Source: Eledone cirrhosa
Taxonomy: Eukaryota
NCBI GenBank assembly: GCA_964016885.1
Contig: OZ024746.1
Coordinates: 57,598,001 to 57,662,000, forward strand
DNA: 64,000 bases
Direction: 5' to 3'
Shown: in pieces, positions 30,138 through 43,815 of the stretch
How the letters are laid out: each line of letters starts with the position of its first letter
How positions within the stretch are numbered: the first letter of the stretch is position 1
Program-made: the position numbers and the translations under genes
Notes under the pieces: model-generated
Seen by the model: the letters and a program-made list of their open reading frames with translations, nothing else
What the model was told of the DNA's origin: nothing
The model's database searches: none

Positions 30138-33100
30138 TTTTGTGGTTGTTGCCGTAGATGATATGTGTACCGGGCCCTATGTGAGTGTGTACTTGTCAGT
30201 TTTATGGTTATTGTCGTAGCTTATGTGTAATGGGCTAGATTTGATTGTGTCCTTGTCAGTTTTGTCTTTGTTACCATAGCTGACATGTGTAACGGGCTAG
30301 ATATGATTCTGTCACTGACACTTTTGTGGTTGTTGTCGTAGATGACATGTGTAACGGGCTCGATGTGAGTCGTTCTAGACATTTTTGTGGTTATTGTCGT
30401 AGCTGATATGTGTTACGGGCTAGATGTGATTGTGTCCTTGACAGTTTTGTGGTTGTTTTCGTACCTGATATGTGTCACGGGCTCGATGTCATTGTGTACT
30501 TGTTGTGGTTGTTGCCGTAGCTGATACGTGTAAATGGCTCGATGTCATCGTGTCCTTGTCAGTGTTGTGGTTGTTGTCGTATTTGTTACGTGCAACGGGC
30601 TCGATGTGATTGTGTCCTTGTCAGTATTGTGGTTGTTGTCGTAGCTGATATGTGTAATGGGATAGATGTGATTGTGTCCATGACACTTTTCTGGCTGTTG
30701 TCGAAGCTGATATGTATAACTGGTTCGATGTGATTGTGCCTTGATGGTTTTGTGGTTGTTGTTGTAGTTGTTATGTTTAACGGCCTCGATGTTATTGTGT
30801 CCTTGACAGTTTTGTGGTTGTTTTCGTAGCTGATATGTGTAACGGGCTCGATGTGATTGTGTCCTTGACAGTTTTGTGTTTGTTGCCGTAGTGGATATGC
30901 GTAACGGGCACGATGTGATTGTGTCCTAAACTGTTTTGTGGTTGTTGTTCTAGTTGTTATGTGTAATGGATCGATGTGATTGTGTCCTTCTCAGTTTTGT
31001 CGTTGTTGTTGTAGCTTATATGTGTAAACGCCTCGATGTATTGTGACCTTGACAGTTTTGTGGTGTTTTTCGTAGCTTATATGTGTAACGGGCTCGATGT
31101 GATTGTGACCTTGACAGATTTGTGGTTGTTGTCGTAGCTTATATGTGTAACGGCCTCGATGTGATTGTGACCTTGACAGTTTTGTGGCTGTTTTCGTAGC
31201 TGATATGTGTAACGGACTCGATCTGATTCTGTCCTTGTCAGCTTTGTGTTAATGTTGTAAATGATATGTGTAATGGGCTCGATGTGAGTGTGTCCTTCTC
31301 AGTTTTGTGATTGTTGTCGTAGCTGATATGCGTAACAGGCTCAATGTGATTGTGTCCTTGTCAGTTTTATGGTTATTGTCGTAGCTGATGTGTAACCGGC
31401 TCGATGAGATTGTGTGCTTGTCAGTTTCGTGGTTGTTGTCGTATCTGATATGAGTAACGGGTCGATGTGATTGTGTCCTTGACAGTTTTGTGGTTGTTCT
31501 CGTAGATGATATGTGTAACAGGCTCGATGTGATTGTGTCCTTGTCAGTTTTGTGGTTGTTGTCGTATCTGATATGTGTAACGGGTCGATGTGATTGTGTC
31601 CTTGACAGTTTTGTGTTTGTTGTCGTAGCTGATATGTGTAACGGGCTCGATGTGATTGTGTCCTTGACAGTTTTGTGGTTGATGGCGGAGTTGTTATCTG
31701 TAACGGGCTCGATAGGATTGTGTCCTTGATAGTTTTGTGGTTGTTGTTGTAGTTGTTATGTGTAACGGGCTCGATGTGATTGTGTCCTTGACAGTTTTGT
31801 GGTTGTTGCCGTAGTGGATATGCGTAACGGGCTCGATGTGATTGTGTCCTTGTCAGTTTTGTCGTTGTTGCCCTATCTGATATGTGTAACGGGCTCGATC
31901 TGACTGTGTCCTAGAAAGTTTTGTGGATTTTGTCGTAGATGATATGTTTCACAATCTCGATATGATTGTGTGCCCCACAGTTGTGTGGTTGTTCTTATAG
32001 TTGTTATGTGTAATGGGCTAGATGTGATTGTGTCGGTGACACTTTTCTGGTTGTTGTCGTAGCTGATATGTGTAACGAGCTCGATTTGATAGTGTCCTCC
32101 ACAGTTTTGTGGCTGTTGTCGTAGCTGATGTGTAACCGGCTCGATGTGATTGTGTCCCTGACAGTTTTGTGGTTGTTGTCGTAGGTGATATCTGTAACGG
32201 GCTCGATGTGATTGCTTCCTTGACAGTTTTGTGGTTTTTGTCGTAGCTGATATGTGTAACGGGCTCGATGTGATTGTGTCCTTGACAGTTTTGTGGTGGT
32301 TATCGTAGCTGATATGTGTAACGGGCTCGATGTGATTGTGTCCTTGTCAGTTTTGTGGTTGTTGGCGTATCTGATATGTGTAACGAGTCGATGTGATTGT
32401 GTCTTCGACAGTTATGTGGTTGTTGTCGTAGCTGATATGTGTAACGGGCTCGATCTGCTTGAGTCCTTGACAGTTTTGTGGTTGTTGGTGGAGTTGTTAT
32501 CTCTAACGGACTTGATAGGATTGTGTCCTTGATAGTTTTGTGGTTGTTGTTGTTGTTATGTGTAACGGGCTTGATGTGATTGTGCCCTTGTCAGTTTTGT
32601 CTTTGTTATCGTAGCTGATATGTGTAACGGGCTCGATATGATTGTGTCCTTGACAGTTGTGTGGTAGTTGTTATAGTTGTTATGTTTAATGGGCTAGATG
32701 TGATTGTATCCTTGACACTTTTCTGGTTGTTGTCGTAGCTGATATGTATAACGGGTTCGATGTGATTGTGCCTTGACAGTTTTGTGGTTGTTGTCGTACC
32801 TGATATGTGTAACGTGCTCGATCTGATTGTGTCCTCCTCAGTTTTGTGGTTGTTTTCGTATCTGATATGTGTAACGTGCTCGATGTGATTGTGTCCTTGT
32901 CAGTTTTGTGGTTGTTGTCGTAGCTGATATGTGTAACGTGCTCGATCTGATTGTGTCCTTGACAGTTTTGTGGTTGTTGTCGTAGCTGATGTGTAACCAG
33001 CTCGATGTGATTGTGTCCTTGACAATTTTGTGGTTGTTGTCGTAGCTGATATGTGTAACGAACTCGATGTGATTGTGTCCTTGACAGTTTTGTGGTTGTT

Positions 33101-35959
33101 GCCGTAGCTGATATGTGTAACGGGCCCTATGTGATTGTGTCTTTGACGGTTTTGTGGTTGTTGCCGTAGATGATATGTGTAACGGGCCCTATGTGATTGT
33201 GTCCTTGTCAGTTTTATTGTTATTTTCGTAGCTGATGTGTAACCGGCTCGATGAGATTGTGACCTTGTCAGTTTTGTCTTTGTTATCGTAGCTGATATGT
33301 GTAACGGCCTCGATGTGATTGTGTCCTTGTCAGTTTTGTGTTTATTATCTTAGCTGATATGTGTAACGGGCTCGATATGATTGTGTCCTTGACTGTTTTG
33401 TGGTTGTTGCCGTAGTGGATATGCGTAACGGGCTCGATGTGATTGTGAACTTGTCAGTTTTGTGGTTGTTCTCGTAGCTGATATGTGTAACGGGCTCGAT
33501 GTGATTGTGTCCTTGTCAGTTTTGTGGTTGTTCTCGTAGCTGATATGTGTAACGGGCCCTATGTGATTGTGTCCTTGTCAGTTTTATGGTTATTGTCGTA
33601 GCTGATGTGTAACCGGCTCGATGAGATTGTGTCCTTGTCAGTTTTGTCTTTGTTATCTTAGCTGATATGTGTAACGGGATCGATATGATTGTGTCCTTGT
33701 CTGTTTTGTGGTTGTTGCCGTAGTGGATATGCGTAACGGGCTCGATGTGATTGTGTCCTTGTCAGTTTTGTGGTTGTTCTCGTAGCTGATATGTGTAACG
33801 GGCTCGATGTGATTGTGTCCTTGTCAGTTTTATGGTTATTGTCGTAGCTGAATGTGTAACCGGCTCGATGTGATTGTGTCCTTGTCAGTTTTGTGGTTGT
33901 TTTTGTAGCTGATATGTGTAACGGGCTCGATGTAATTGTGTACTTGTGTGTTTTGTGGTTGTTGCCGTAGCTGATATGTGTAACGGGATCGATGTGATTG
34001 TGTAGTTGAGTGTTTTGTGATTGTTGCCGTAGCTGATATGTGAACGGGCAAGATATGATTGTTTTCTTGACAGTTTTGCGGTTGTTGCCAGAGATGATAT
34101 AATGTAACTCGCTCGATGTGATTGTTTCCTTGTCAGTGTTGAGGTTGTTGTCAAAGCTGATATGTGTAACGGGTTCGATGTGATTGTGTCCTTAACACTT
34201 TTGTGGATGTTGCTCTAGCTGATATGTGTAACGGGCTCGATGTCATTGTGTCCTCCACAGTTTTGTATATTTGTCGTATCTTATATGTGTAACGGGATCG
34301 ATGAGATTGTATCCTTTGCAGTTTTGTGGTTGTTGACGTAGCTGATATGTGTTACGGGCTCGATGTGATCGTGTCCTTGTCAGTTTTGTCTTTGTTATCG
34401 TAGATGACATGGGTAACGGGCTCGATGTGATTGTGTACTTGACAGTTTTATGGTTGTTTTTGTAGCTGATATGTGTAACGGGCTCGATGAAATTGTGTAC
34501 TTGTGTGTTTTGTGGTTGTTGCCGTAGCTAATATGTGAACGAGCTCGAATGTGATTGTGTCCTTGACAGTTTTGTGGTTGTTTTCGTAGCTGATATGTTT
34601 AACTGGCTTGATGTGATTATGTCCTTGTCAGCTTTGTTTTTATTGTTGTAAATGATATGTGTAACGGGCTCGATGTGAGTGTGTCCTTGTTAGTTTTGTC
34701 GTTGTTTTTGTAGCTTATATGTGTAACGGGCTCGATGTGTAACGGGCTGATTGTGCCCTTGTCAGTGTTGTCGTTGTTGTTGTAGCTTATGGGTGTAATG
34801 AGATCAATGTGATTGTGCCCTTGACACTTTTGTAGTTGTATTCGTAACTGATATATGTAACGGGCTCAATGTGATTCTGTTCTTGTCAGTTTTGTGGATA
34901 TTGTTGTAGATGATATTTGTAAGGAGCTCGATGTAATTGTGTCCTTGACAGTTTTCTTGTTATTGCCTTATGTATATGGGTAACGGGCTCGATGAGATTG
35001 TTTCCTTGTCAGTTTTTGGTTGTTGTCGTAGCTGATATGTGTCACGATCTCGATATCATTGTGTCCTTGACAATTTTATGGTTGTTGTCATAGTTGTTGT
35101 ATGCAACGGGCTTGATGTGATGTGTCCTTGAGAGTTGTGTGGTTGTTGTTATAGTTGTTATGTGTAAGGGGCTCGATGTGATTGTGTCCTTGACAGGTTT
35201 GTGGTTATTGTTCTAGCTGATATGTTTAACGGGCTCGATGTGATTGTGTCCTTGTAAGTTTTGTGTTTATTGTCGTATTTGTTATGTGTAACGGGCTCGA
35301 TGTGATTGTGTCCTTGACAGTTTGTGGTTGTTGTCGTAGCTGATATGTGTAACAGACTCGATGTCTTTGTGTCCTTGACAGTTTTGTGGTTGTTGCTGTA
35401 GCGTATATGTGTAACCGGCTCGATGTTATTGTGTCCTTGTAAGTTTTATGGTTGTTATCGTATTTGTTATGTGTAACGAGCTCGATGTGATTGTGTCCTT
35501 GACAGATTGTGGTTGTTGTCGTAGCTTATATGTGTGACAGGTAGATATGATTGTGCCCTTGACAGTCTTGTGGTTGTATTCGTAACTGATATGTGTAAAG
35601 CGCTCGATGTGATTCTGTCCTTGTCAGTTTTGTGGTTATTGTTGCAGCTGCTATGTGTAACGGGCTTGATGTGATTGTGTCCTTGTCAGTTTTGTGGTTG
35701 TTGCCATAGCTGATATGTGTCACGAGCTCGATATGATTGTGTCCTTGACAATTTTGAGGTTGTTGTCGTAGTTGTTTTGTGTAACGGGCTCGATGTGATT
35801 GTGTCCTTGACGGTTTTGTTGTTCTTGTTGTAGCTGATAGTTTAACGGCTCGATGTGATTGTGTCCTTGACAGTTTTGTAGTTGTTGTCGTAGCTGATAT
35901 CTGTAACGGCTCGATGTGATTGTGTCCTTGACAGTTGTGTGGTTGTTTTCGAAGCTTAT

Positions 35960-36950
35960 ATGTGTAACGGGCTAAATGTGATTCTGTCCTTGTTAGTTTT
36001 CTGGTTGTTGTTATAGTTGTTATGTGTAACGGGCTCGATGTGATTGTGTACTAGACAGTTTTGTGGTTGTTGTCGTAGCTGATATCTGTAACGGGCTCGC
36101 TGTGATTGTGTCCTCGTCAGTTGAGTGGTGTTGTTGTAGCTGATATGTGTAACGGGATCGATGTGATTGTGTCCTAGACAGTTTTATGGTTGTTGTCGTT
36201 GGTAATATGTGTAACGGGCTCGATGTGATTCTGTACTTGTCAGTTGTGTGGTTACTCTTGTAGATGATATGTGTCACGAGCTCGATATGATTATGTCCTT
36301 GTCAGTTTTGTTGTTGCTGTCGTAGTTGTTATGTGTAACGGGCTCGATCTGATTGTGCCCTTGTCAGTGTTGTCGTTGTTGTTGTAGCTTATAGGTGTAA
36401 TGAGATCAATGTGATTGTGCCCTTGACAGTTTTGTAGTTGTATTCGTAACTGATATATGTAACGGGCTAAATGTGATTCTGTCCTTGTTAGTTTTCTGGT
36501 TGTTGTTATAGTTGTTATGTGTAACGGGCTCGATGTGATTGTGTACTAGACAGTTTTGTGGTTGTTGTCGTAGCTAATATCTGTAACGGGCTCGCTGTGA
36601 TTGTGTCCTCGTCAGTTGAGTGGTGTTGTTGTAGCTGATATGTGTAACGGGATCGATGTGATTGTGTCCTAGACAGTTTTATGGTTGTTGTCGTTGGTAA
36701 TATGTGTAACGGGCTCGATGTGATTCTGTACTTGTCAGTTGTGTGGTTACTCTTGTAGATGATATGTGTCACGAGCTCGATATGATTATGTCCTTGTCAG
36801 TTTTGTTGTTGCTGTCGTAGTTGTTATGTGTAACGGGCTCGATCTGATTGTGCCCTTGTCAGTGTTGTCGTTGTTGTTGTAGCTTATAGGTGTAATGAGA
36901 TCAATGTGATTGTGCCCTTGACAGTTTTGTAGTTGTATTCGTAACTGATA
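35960..36950. repeat. Local 8-monomer higher-order repeat (495-bp period, 2 copies)
   Basis: Near-identical ORFs at 36020 and 36515. Diagnostic variants such as GTCCTCGTCAGTTGAGTGG and GTTACTCTTGTAG recur 495 bp apart. Confidence 0.9.
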
Positions 36951-37479
36951 TATGTAACGGGCTCAATGTGATTCTGTTCTTGTCAGTTTTGTGGATATTG
37001 TTGTAGATGATATTTGTAAGGAGCTCGATGTGATTGTGTCCTTGACAGTTTTCTGGTTATTGCCTTATGTATATGGGTAACGGGCTCGATGAGATTGTTT
37101 CCTTGTCAGTTTTTGGTTGTTGTCGTAGCTGATATGTGTCACGATCTCGATATGATTGTGTCCTTGACAGTTTTATGGTTGTTGTCATAGTTGTTGTATG
37201 CAACGGGCTTGATGTGATGTGTCCTTGAGAGTTGTGTGGTTGTTGTTATAGTTGTTATGTGTAAGGGGCTCCATGTGATTGTGTCCTTGACAGGTTTGTG
37301 GTTATTGTTCTAGCTGATATGTTTAACGGGCTCGATGTGATTGTGTCCTTGACAGTTTTGTGGTTGTTGTCGTAGCTGATATGTCTAACGGGCTCGATGT
37401 GATTATCTCCTTCAGAGTGTTGTGGTTGTTTTCGTAGCTGATATGTGTAACGGGCTCGATGTGATTGTGTCCTTGTCAG

Positions 37480-39000
37480 TTTTGTGGTGTTGTCGTAGCT
37501 GATATGTGTAACCGGCTCGATGTGATTGTGTTCAGGTCAATTTTGTCTTTGTTATCGTCGTTGACATGTGTCACCGGCTCGATGCAATTTTGTCCTTGAC
37601 ACTTTTGTGGTTGTATTCAAAACTGATATGTGTAATGGGCTCGATGTGATTCTGTCCTAGACAGTTTTGTGGTTGTTGTTCTAGTTGTTATGTGTAACGG
37701 GCTCTATGAGATTGTGTCCTTGACAGTTTTGTGGTTGTTTTCGTAGCTGATATGTGTAACGGGCTGGATGTGATTCTGTCCTTGTCAGTTTTGTGTTATT
37801 GTTGTAGCTGATATGTGTAACGGGCTCGATATGATCGTGTCCTTGTCAGTTTCGTAGTTGTTGTCGTAGCTGATATGTGTAAGCGGTGGATGTGATTCTG
37901 TCCTTGACAGTTTTGTGGCTGTTGTCGTATTTGATATGTGTAACGGGCACTATATCATTGTGTCCTTGAGAATGTTGTATTTATTGTCGTAGCTGATATG
38001 TGTAACGGGCTCGATGTGATTGTGCCCTTGATAGTTGTCTGGCTGTTGTCGTAGCTGATATGTGTAACGGGCTCGATGTGATTGTGTTCAGGTCAATTTT
38101 GTCTTTGTCATCGTAGCTGACATGTGTCACCGGCTCGATGCAATTTTGTCCTTGACACTTTTGTGGTTGTATTCGTAACTGATATGTGTAATGGGCTCGA
38201 TGTGATTCTGTCCTAGACAGTTTTGTGGTTGTTGTTCTAGTTGTTATGTGTAACGGGCTCTATGTGATTGTGTCCTTGACAGTTTTGTGGTTGTTTTCGT
38301 AGCTGATATGTGTAACGGGCTCGATGTGATTCAGTCCTTGTCAGTTTTGTGTTATTGTTGTAGCTGATATGTGTAACGGGCTCGATATGATCGTGTCCTT
38401 GTCAGTTTCGTGGTTGTTGTCGTAGCTGATATGTGTAAGCGGTGGATGTGATTCTGTCCTTGACAGTTTTGTGGCTGTTGTCGTATTTGATATGTGTAAC
38501 GGGCACTATATCATTGTGTCCTTGAGAATGTTGTATTTATTGTCGTAGCTGATATGTGTAACGGGCTCGATGTGATTGTGCCCTTGATAGTTGTCTGGCT
38601 GTTGTCGTAGCTGATATGTGTAACGGGCTCGATGTGATTGTGTTCAGGTCAATTTTGTCTTTGTCATCGTAGCTGACATGTGTCACCGGCTCGATGCAAT
38701 TTTGTCCTTGACACTTTTGTGGTTGTATTCGTAACTGATATGTGTAATGGGCTCGATGTGATTCTGTCCTAGACAGTTTTGTGGTTGTTGTTCTAGTTGT
38801 TATGTGTAACGGGCTCTATGTGATTGTGTCCTTGACAGTTTTGTGGTTGTTTTCGTAGCTGATATGTGTAACGGGCTCGATGTGATTCAGTCCTTGTCAG
38901 TTTTGTGTTATTGTTGTAGCTGATATGTGTAACGGGCTCGATATGATCGTGTCCTTGTCAGTTTCGTGGTTGTTGTCGTAGCTGATATGTGTAAGCGGTC
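37480..39000. repeat. Local 9-monomer higher-order repeat (556-bp period, ~2.7 copies)
   Basis: Variant TTCAGGTCAATTTTGTCTTTG occurs at 37531, 38087 and 38643. Other private variants (GATGCAATTTTG, GGCACTATATCATT) recur at the same period. Confidence 0.9.
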
Positions 39001-40696
39001 GATGTGATTGTGTCCTTGACAGTTTTTTGGTTGTTGTCGTAGCTGATATGTGTAACGGGTTCGATGTGATTGTGTCCTTCTCAGTTTTGTGGTTGTTGTC
39101 GTAGCTGATATGTGTAACGGGCTCAATGTGAGTGTGTCCTTGTCTGTTTTGTGGTTGTTGTTATAGTTGTCATGTGTAACGGGCTCGATGGGATTGTTTC
39201 CTTCACAGCTTTGTGCTTGTTGTCGTAGCTGATATGTGAAACCGGCTCGATGTGATTGTGTCCTTCACAGTTTTGTGGATGTTGTCGAAGGTGATATGTG
39301 TAACAGGCTCGATGTGATTGTGTGCTTGTCAATTTTGTGTTCGATGGTGTAGTTGTTATGTGTAACGGGCTCGATGTGATTGTGTCGTTGTCAATTTTGT
39401 GGTTGGTGTTATATCTGATATGTGTAACGGATCCGATCTGATTCTGTCCTTGTCTGTTTTGCGGTTGTTGCTGGAGATGATATGTGTAATGTGCTCGATG
39501 TGATTGTGTCCTTGTCAGTTTTGTGGTTGTTGCCGGAGATGATATGTTTAACGGGCTCGATGTGATTGTGTCCTAGACTGTTTTGTGGTTGTTGTTCTAG
39601 TTGTTATGTGTAACGGGCTCGATGTGATTGTGTCCTTCTCAGTTTTGTCGTTGCTGTTGTAGCTTATATTTTTAACATCCTCGATGTGATTGTGTACTTG
39701 ACAGTTTTGTGGTTGTTTTCGTAGCTGATATGTGTAACGGATTCGATCTGATTCTGTCCTTGTCAATTTTGTGGTTGTTGTCGTAGTTGTAATGTCAATT
39801 TTGTGGTTGTTGTCGTAGATGATATGTGTAACCGGCTCGATGTGATTTTGTCCTTGACAGTTTTGTGGTTGTTGTCGTAGTTGTTATGTGTAACCGGCTC
39901 GATATGATTGTGTCCTTGACAGTTTTGTAGTTGTTGTTATAGTTGTTGTGTGTAACGGGCTCGATGTGATCGTGTCCTTGTCAGTTTTGTGGTTGTTGTC
40001 GTAGTTGTTATGTGTAACCGGCTCGATGTGATTGTGTCCTTGACAGTTTTGTGGTTGTTGTTATAGTTGTTGTGTGTAACGGGCTCGACGTGATTGTGTC
40101 CTTGACAGTTTTGTGATTGTTGTCGTAGCTGATACGTCTAACGGGCTCGATCTGATTGTGTCTAGACAGTTTTGTGGATGTTGTCCTGGTTGTTATGTAA
40201 AACCGGATTGACTAACTTCTCATTGTCAGTTTTGTGGTAATAGATGTGTTTGTTTAGATTTTGCCGGTGTTGTGATTGTTCGTGTTGTTGAGTTGATGAC
40301 GTCTTTGCTCTTTCTGTTGTTGTATTCGAAAGTCCCACCCCAACAACTGAAGCAAATACATACAAATGAGGATCATAGTAATTCATAAATAACCAAATAC
40401 ATTCAGTTGAAGCAATAACCCTTTAAAACCGGGTGGTTCTCATATGTGTAATGTGTATATATCGGAGGTGATGATTAATTAACCGTGAAACATATTTCAG
40501 TTGAGATAATGAAAAAGTGACCAGTTTTCAGATTTGTTAAATTTGTCAGTGGGAGGCCTATGAAATTCAGTTATAGTAAATCTCCAAAATGTGAATGTAT
40601 ACGTATGCCTGTGTTTATATAATTGTATGATAGTTCTGAGTCTTCCATACATAAATGTATGGAACACGCACACAGGAAAAACTCACACACACATGC

Positions 40697-40765
<69 letters not shown>

Positions 40766-40832
40766 AATATATATATATATATATATACGTGTGTGTGTGT
40801 GTGTCTGTATATATGTATGTATATATTTATAA

Positions 40833-40880
<48 letters not shown>

Positions 40881-40891
40881 ATATATATAAT

Positions 40892-40926
<35 letters not shown>

Positions 40927-40950
40927 GTGTAGGTGTGTGTGTGTGTGTGA
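40697..40950. repeat. Compound (TA)n/(TG)n microsatellite
   Basis: Direct dinucleotide runs. Confidence 0.95.
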
Positions 40951-41149
40951 GAGAAAGCGAGTTTATTTATGTGCTAGCGGACTCTTAGATTGCGTAATCT
41001 TTGATTTCAATTATGATAAAATTTCGCCTTTCAGCAAACATAGATATATTTAAATAATTTCCATATGTCATTACCTCATTTCTCTTTGAAACCCCCAAAT
41101 GGTTTGAATTAATCACGAAGGTTCGAATATACGCGCGTGCATACAAATG

Positions 41150-41153
41150 TATA

Positions 41154-41221
<68 letters not shown>

Positions 41222-41290
41222 TATGAATATTTATATACATATATATATATACACACATATATATATACATATAAATAAACACACACACAC

Positions 41291-41353
<63 letters not shown>
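41150..41353. repeat. Compound (TA)n/(CA)n microsatellite
   Basis: Direct dinucleotide runs. Confidence 0.95.
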
Positions 41354-41354
<1 letters not shown>

Positions 41355-42869
41355 GAACACTTAAAATAAGTAACTTAGTATTAAACTATTTAACTAATCT
41401 TGGAAGCAGTTAAACCTGTAGCGACAAGAGTATTCGGCTAACGGTCATGCCTCATTAAGTGTATTCTGATATGGATGTGTTGTGCGCAGGTCATTAATTC
41501 AGAGTCGTTATTCAGCAAGTCGCCGCCATCATTTTCGTGTAAGCCAGCCATTCAGAAATAAGTAGATGATAATGTTCTGAGCAGGAATATTTATAGAGAA
41601 CCGGTCTTAACGACTAATCGATTCCCTTGTTCCGTTTAATGAAGTATGTTTTTATATATTTCTCCTAAAGCTAAAGCTATTTTCGTCTTCAGGGGAAATT
41701 TAAATTCGAGGAAATAAAGAGTTTTATTCATTTATATTTTGCATGGTTACTAGTCTTTACATTTAGAGGTGATATGAGGGTGTTAAAGAAAATGCAGCAT
41801 TGCGTATGCTTTTTGTTTTGTTTCAATTGATGAAATATAACCTTTTCAGAGTTTCAAAGTATTGTGGGAAGAAGAAAATGAAGTTGCCAATGTAACGACC
41901 TGGACCGAATTCTAGATATGTACAGTGAACTCCTGTAAAGACACACAAGGCCGTAGTGTTTAAAACAAGCCACTGAGGGACACTACAGCCACATCGATTG
42001 ACTAGCACATACATTGGGTTTCCTCACGTGTAACGCATTCGCCATTCTGATAAAGAGAATCATGAATCTACATTCATTTGATATTTAGCAAAGGAAATGA
42101 AAGTCTAATAGATTAATTAGATATAAAACTGAATATTTCCTGGTCACTTTATCCATTATACATAATTGAAATATCAAAAACCTGTCTAGAACAAACGCCC
42201 ACATTAAGAGAGGGTAAAACAATACATAACTTTATACCTGCAGGGGATATGTTTTTAAAAAGCAATCATTCTTTGCAGATATGATTGTATTACTTTTGAG
42301 CATAATTAAGAACAAGAGGGGTATATATGGCCCTAATATTCGCAAACAAACATATAACAAGAGTCATACAAATAATCAAGTCGGGCACAATTTTCAGGCA
42401 TTAATATCCACACGAAATGAATTCACATAGAGACACAAACACACGCGTATATATGTATATATATATATGAAGTATTTCCGTAGAAAAGGTAAAGGAAAGG
42501 AGAGTGCTCTATGTATGCTACATAACTATTTAAATATGTAATAAACAACACAATACAATTATTCCATTTACCAAAGTTTTCGCGAAGAGAAACGCCATTC
42601 TTCTTGCTTACATTTGTCGCGACTCCCGCCATGCTAAAAATGTTCAATCTATCAGGATGATCTACCGTAAGTCTATTTAAATTAACGCTCACCATATTCA
42701 GCAAACTTTTTATGCCGATTCTTCCATTTCTTATATAAGGACTATCGACACTATACCGCCGCGCATCATCCTGTATTGCACCCAGTCTTTTCAAGCGATC
42801 ATCGAGCCTCCATGCGCTCCCTTCATTCACGTGGTCCCACTACCGTACTATAAGGAGGCATGCGTTAAA

Positions 42870-43815
42870 CTCTGCCCTCTCCCATCCCTGCACGCCGTCG
42901 ACCTACTGCATCGTTGTACATCACCACGCGCATCTCTGCATTGTCAGCTGCAATTCATTCCCCTGCCCTTTCCATTGCCTGCCCTCCGTGGTCCCTAAGG
43001 ACTGCCACGGCTTAACATACCGAATCCCTGCCACCGTCCACCCCTGCCCATTTCCATTGCCTACACTCCGGGAGAGCTCAAGACTTCCAGGACTGACCAA
43101 GTCGTATCCCTGCCCCCGTCAACCCCTGCCCTCTCCCTTCCCTGCACGCCGTCGTCCCACTGCATCGTCATGCCTCACCATGCCGCATGACTGCCCTGTC
43201 GGCCACCATCCCCTCCTCAGCCATTTTTCTGGCCTGCCCGCCGTGCTCCTTCAATACTGCCTTGCCTAACTAAGCCGCATCCCGGCCACCATCAAGTCCT
43301 TCCTTCTCCCTTCCCTGCACGCTGTCGTCCCACTGCATCGTCATGCCTCACCATGCCGCATCCATGCTCTGTCAGCCACCATGCCCTCCCCTTCCCTCTC
43401 CCTTACCCGCACGACTTGGTCCTTCACGAGTGCCATGGTTCACCATGCGGAATCCCTGCAACCGTCAATCCCGGCTATCTCCCTTCCCTGCACGCCGTCG
43501 TCCCACTGCATCGTCATGCATCACCATGCCGTATCAATGCTCTGTCAGCCGCCATCCCCTCCTTGGCCCTTTCTTTTTCCTGCCCGCAGTGCTCCTTCAA
43601 GACTGCCATGGCTCACCATGCGGCATCCTTGCCACCGTCCACCCATGCCCTCTTCCTTGCCTGCTGGCCGTCGCCCCACTACATCTTCATGCCTCAGGAT
43701 GCCGCCTCCATGCACTGTCAGCCACCATCCCATCCTCTGCTCTTTCTTTTGCCTGACCGCCGTGCTCCTTCAAGACTCCCATGGCTATCTATGCCGCATC
43801 AATTCCTTGCCACCC
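42870..43815. repeat. C-rich minisatellite, 173-bp period, built from two alternating related subunits of ~82-91 bp
   Basis: Motif CCCTGCACGCCGTCGTCCCACTGCATCGTCATG(C)CTCACCATGCCG at 42886, 43140, 43313, 43486 and 43659 (degenerate). It alternates with a CCTGCCCGCCGTGCTCCTTCAAGACTGCCATGG-type subunit. Confidence 0.9.

Larger units (their letters stand above)
1..40250. repeat. Large tandem satellite array, 62-bp monomer (open at the left edge of the window)
   Basis: Continuous head-to-tail repetition of TTGTCGTAGCTGATATGTGTAACGGGCTCGATGTGATTGTGTCCTTG(A/T)CAGTTTTGTGGTTG (62 nt; 45/62 G+T on the + strand; 3 CpG). All copies are in one orientation, with occasional 61-nt or slightly longer variants. 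It degenerates into unique sequence at ~40,160-40,300. Confidence 0.98.

Noticed and set aside
431-39766. Dozens of His/Thr-rich ORFs (mostly minus strand) in the ORF track
   Set aside because: They are translations of the 62-bp satellite. Indels and stops occur freely and no frame is preserved.
1-40250. CRISPR-like array (conserved blocks with variable segments)
   Set aside because: The variable segments are homologous monomer variants rather than unique spacers. There are no cas genes and the context is eukaryotic.
1-40250. Hammerhead ribozyme within the satellite monomer (CTGATA resembles CUGAnGA), as in newt or schistosome satellites
   Set aside because: The monomer consensus has no CTGAnGA and no GAAA box on either strand.
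41440-42830. Possible exons or promoter (CpG-richer patches, GCCATG at ~42628, gtaagt at ~42667, ORFs 41823-42014 and 42423-42830)
   Set aside because: No recognisable protein similarity, and the candidate starts run into stops within a few codons.
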